From assembly GCF_001194135.2 (NCBI RefSeq), contig NC_068982.1:108254364-108318363 (forward strand): 64,000 nucleotides of DNA, in the 5' to 3' direction. How positions within the stretch are numbered: the first letter of the stretch is position 1; each line of letters starts with the position of its first letter. A program made the translations under genes and the position numbers. Positions 62,381-64,000 of the stretch are shown piece after piece. The notes beneath the pieces are model-generated. The model had not been told where the DNA came from. It searched no databases and was given only the letters and a program-made list of their open reading frames with translations. Source of the stretch: Octopus bimaculoides (Eukaryota).

Positions 62381-62984
62381 CAAAAAAGGAAGAAGTTTGT
62401 ATTTCACCCTTCAGGTAAAATAAGTACCAATCAAGTATTGACGTCGATTTATTCAACTGTTCAGTTTTCCAAAATGTGTGGCCTAATGCCTATGTCTGTA
62501 ACCAATATAAAGCCTTAATAAATCTCCCAGTCAAAGTCAGAAACTGACGGTCCAATTTTGCTGCGGTGTCAAATAAAGTACGATCACAAAAAGTTACAAA
62601 ACAAGGTAAAAAATTTCTACTTCGACTTGACTTCCTTGATATTTATGCCAAAAAGGAAATGTTTTGTGGTACCTGGACCTTTAATTCATTTGCTTATTTA
62701 TTTTAGTATGTGAAATCATGAATAAATTGAAACTGATTTCAGCTAAATCTAAAATCAAGCCACAATTTAATTTTGCCGGCTTGTTCTGTTAAAAACAATT
62801 TCTGAATTTGGTATACCGGATTCCTTATCAAGACGAAACAGAATGAGACGATACAAAATGAAAGCTATTCAGTTCACTAACTAGAAAATATCGTCCGCGC
62901 AGCTACTTAATCCGAAATACGTGGTTCATTCATCCATCCCTTCCTTTCTTCCTCCCCATCTCTTCTTTTCTTCCTTCCTCCATC

Positions 62985-63470
62985 TCTCCAGCCATCTTCT
63001 CCGCCCACTATTCTTGAGAAGGATGTCCGGAATAGAGCTCTCTGGCACCTCCTTCATAGGGACCTATCAAAAGCAATCATCATTACACTCTCCGGCTGGT
63101 TTCCCAAGCATGACCGTCTGAGACTATGGATATTGTCCAACCATTTCCTTCTTGGTCTACCTCTAGGTCTTCTTGCCTTGAAGAATCCGTCATGCGATCT
63201 TTGCTACGACATTCTAATCACATACCTGTAGTACCGGAACTGTGACTTCTTGATATGGAGAAGTAGCGGCTCGATTTGGAGAGAGTTCCTGATCTTCGAG
63301 CTATGTCGAGGAACGTTACCCCAGAGATTCTTCCGAGGAACCCCATTTCGGCTGCTTGTATTCGTGATCAAATTCTTTCAGTCATTACCCAATATTATGT
63401 AGTGCATAATGAATTGTGGCGAAAAATCTTTCAAGATAGAGCACTAATCGATCGCAAGAAGCTTTCCTCC
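62985..63470 (-). mobile_element. 5'-truncated RTE-clade LINE, decayed
   Basis: VMTERI*SRIQAAEMGFLGRISGVT and RRPRGRPRRKWLDNIH, typical of the RTE C-terminus. Confidence 0.85.
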
Positions 63471-63649
63471 AAAAACTTACTATTTATCTTCCAATAAGAC
63501 AAATTTGAGCTAGTAGAATTAAGTGTTATTTTACTCAGAAACAAACGAAAATACCAGCAACGTAAAATGATCTCACTCTTCTTTAGCGAGTCGTTCAATA
63601 CATTATCCATTTTTCCGAAGACGTTTCAAGGAGAAATAAAAACAGAAGC

Positions 63650-64000
63650 TCATGCATGGCTGTGCAGTTAAGAAGCTCGTTTTGCTACCTTGTATTTTTT
63701 TTTCAATCTCACTGCGTTGCACTCTGGAGTTCCGAGCCGACCAGTGCCTTGTGAGTGAATTTGGTAGACGGAAACTGTGTAGAAGCCCATCGTATATATA
63801 TATATATATATGTATGAGTATGTATGTATTATGTATGTATGTATGTGTGTAGGTCTTTGTGAATGTATTTGTCGTCTCCCCATCGCTTGACAACCGGACT
63901 GGTAGAATAAATACTAGGTTTTAAAAAATTAAGTACTAAGGTCGATTTGTTCGACTAAACCCTTCCAGGTGGGGGCCCAGTGTGGCCGCAATTTAATGAC
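63650..64000 (+). mobile_element. Family-E SINE with an internal (TA)/(TGTA) microsatellite, running off the window
   Basis: TGGCTGTG head, GTGAATTTGGTAGACGGAAACTG..AGAAGCCC, microsatellite, then CGCTTGACAACC..GGTCGATTTGTTCGACTAAA. Confidence 0.85.

Overview
AT-rich, repeat-dominated eukaryotic scaffold with 13 N-gaps, most of them next to microsatellites. The SINE families, the abundant R4/Dong LINEs and the microsatellite load suggest a coleoid cephalopod, probably Octopus (inference). I can support no complete host gene; there is one plausible isolated exon at 49895-50061. Almost all ORFs in the track are microsatellite or N-gap artefacts, or pieces of decayed transposons. Mobile content: (1) six larger R4/Dong-type non-LTR elements plus one remnant, sitting in (TAA)n/(CAA)n tracts; two keep both ends but lack the reverse transcriptase; (2) two long Penelope-like elements (RT + GIY-YIG) plus terminal fragments; (3) L1/Tx1 and RTE LINE fragments; (4) a full-span Chapaev3-type DNA transposon with TIRs and a TAA target duplication; (5) three Tc1/mariner derivatives and a 262-bp foldback element; (6) about five tRNA-derived SINE families that swap heads and tails. 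Best leads: two hammerhead ribozymes with intact cores at Penelope ends (48724-48783 +, 53733-53790 -); several hammerhead-shaped motifs with non-canonical cores, one core variant occurring twice; an in-frame S/N-rich insert of about 125 codons inside a GIY-YIG domain; RT-less Dong derivatives; and a SINE sharing its 3' tail with a Tx1 LINE. All alignments and folds were done by eye; no database searches were run.
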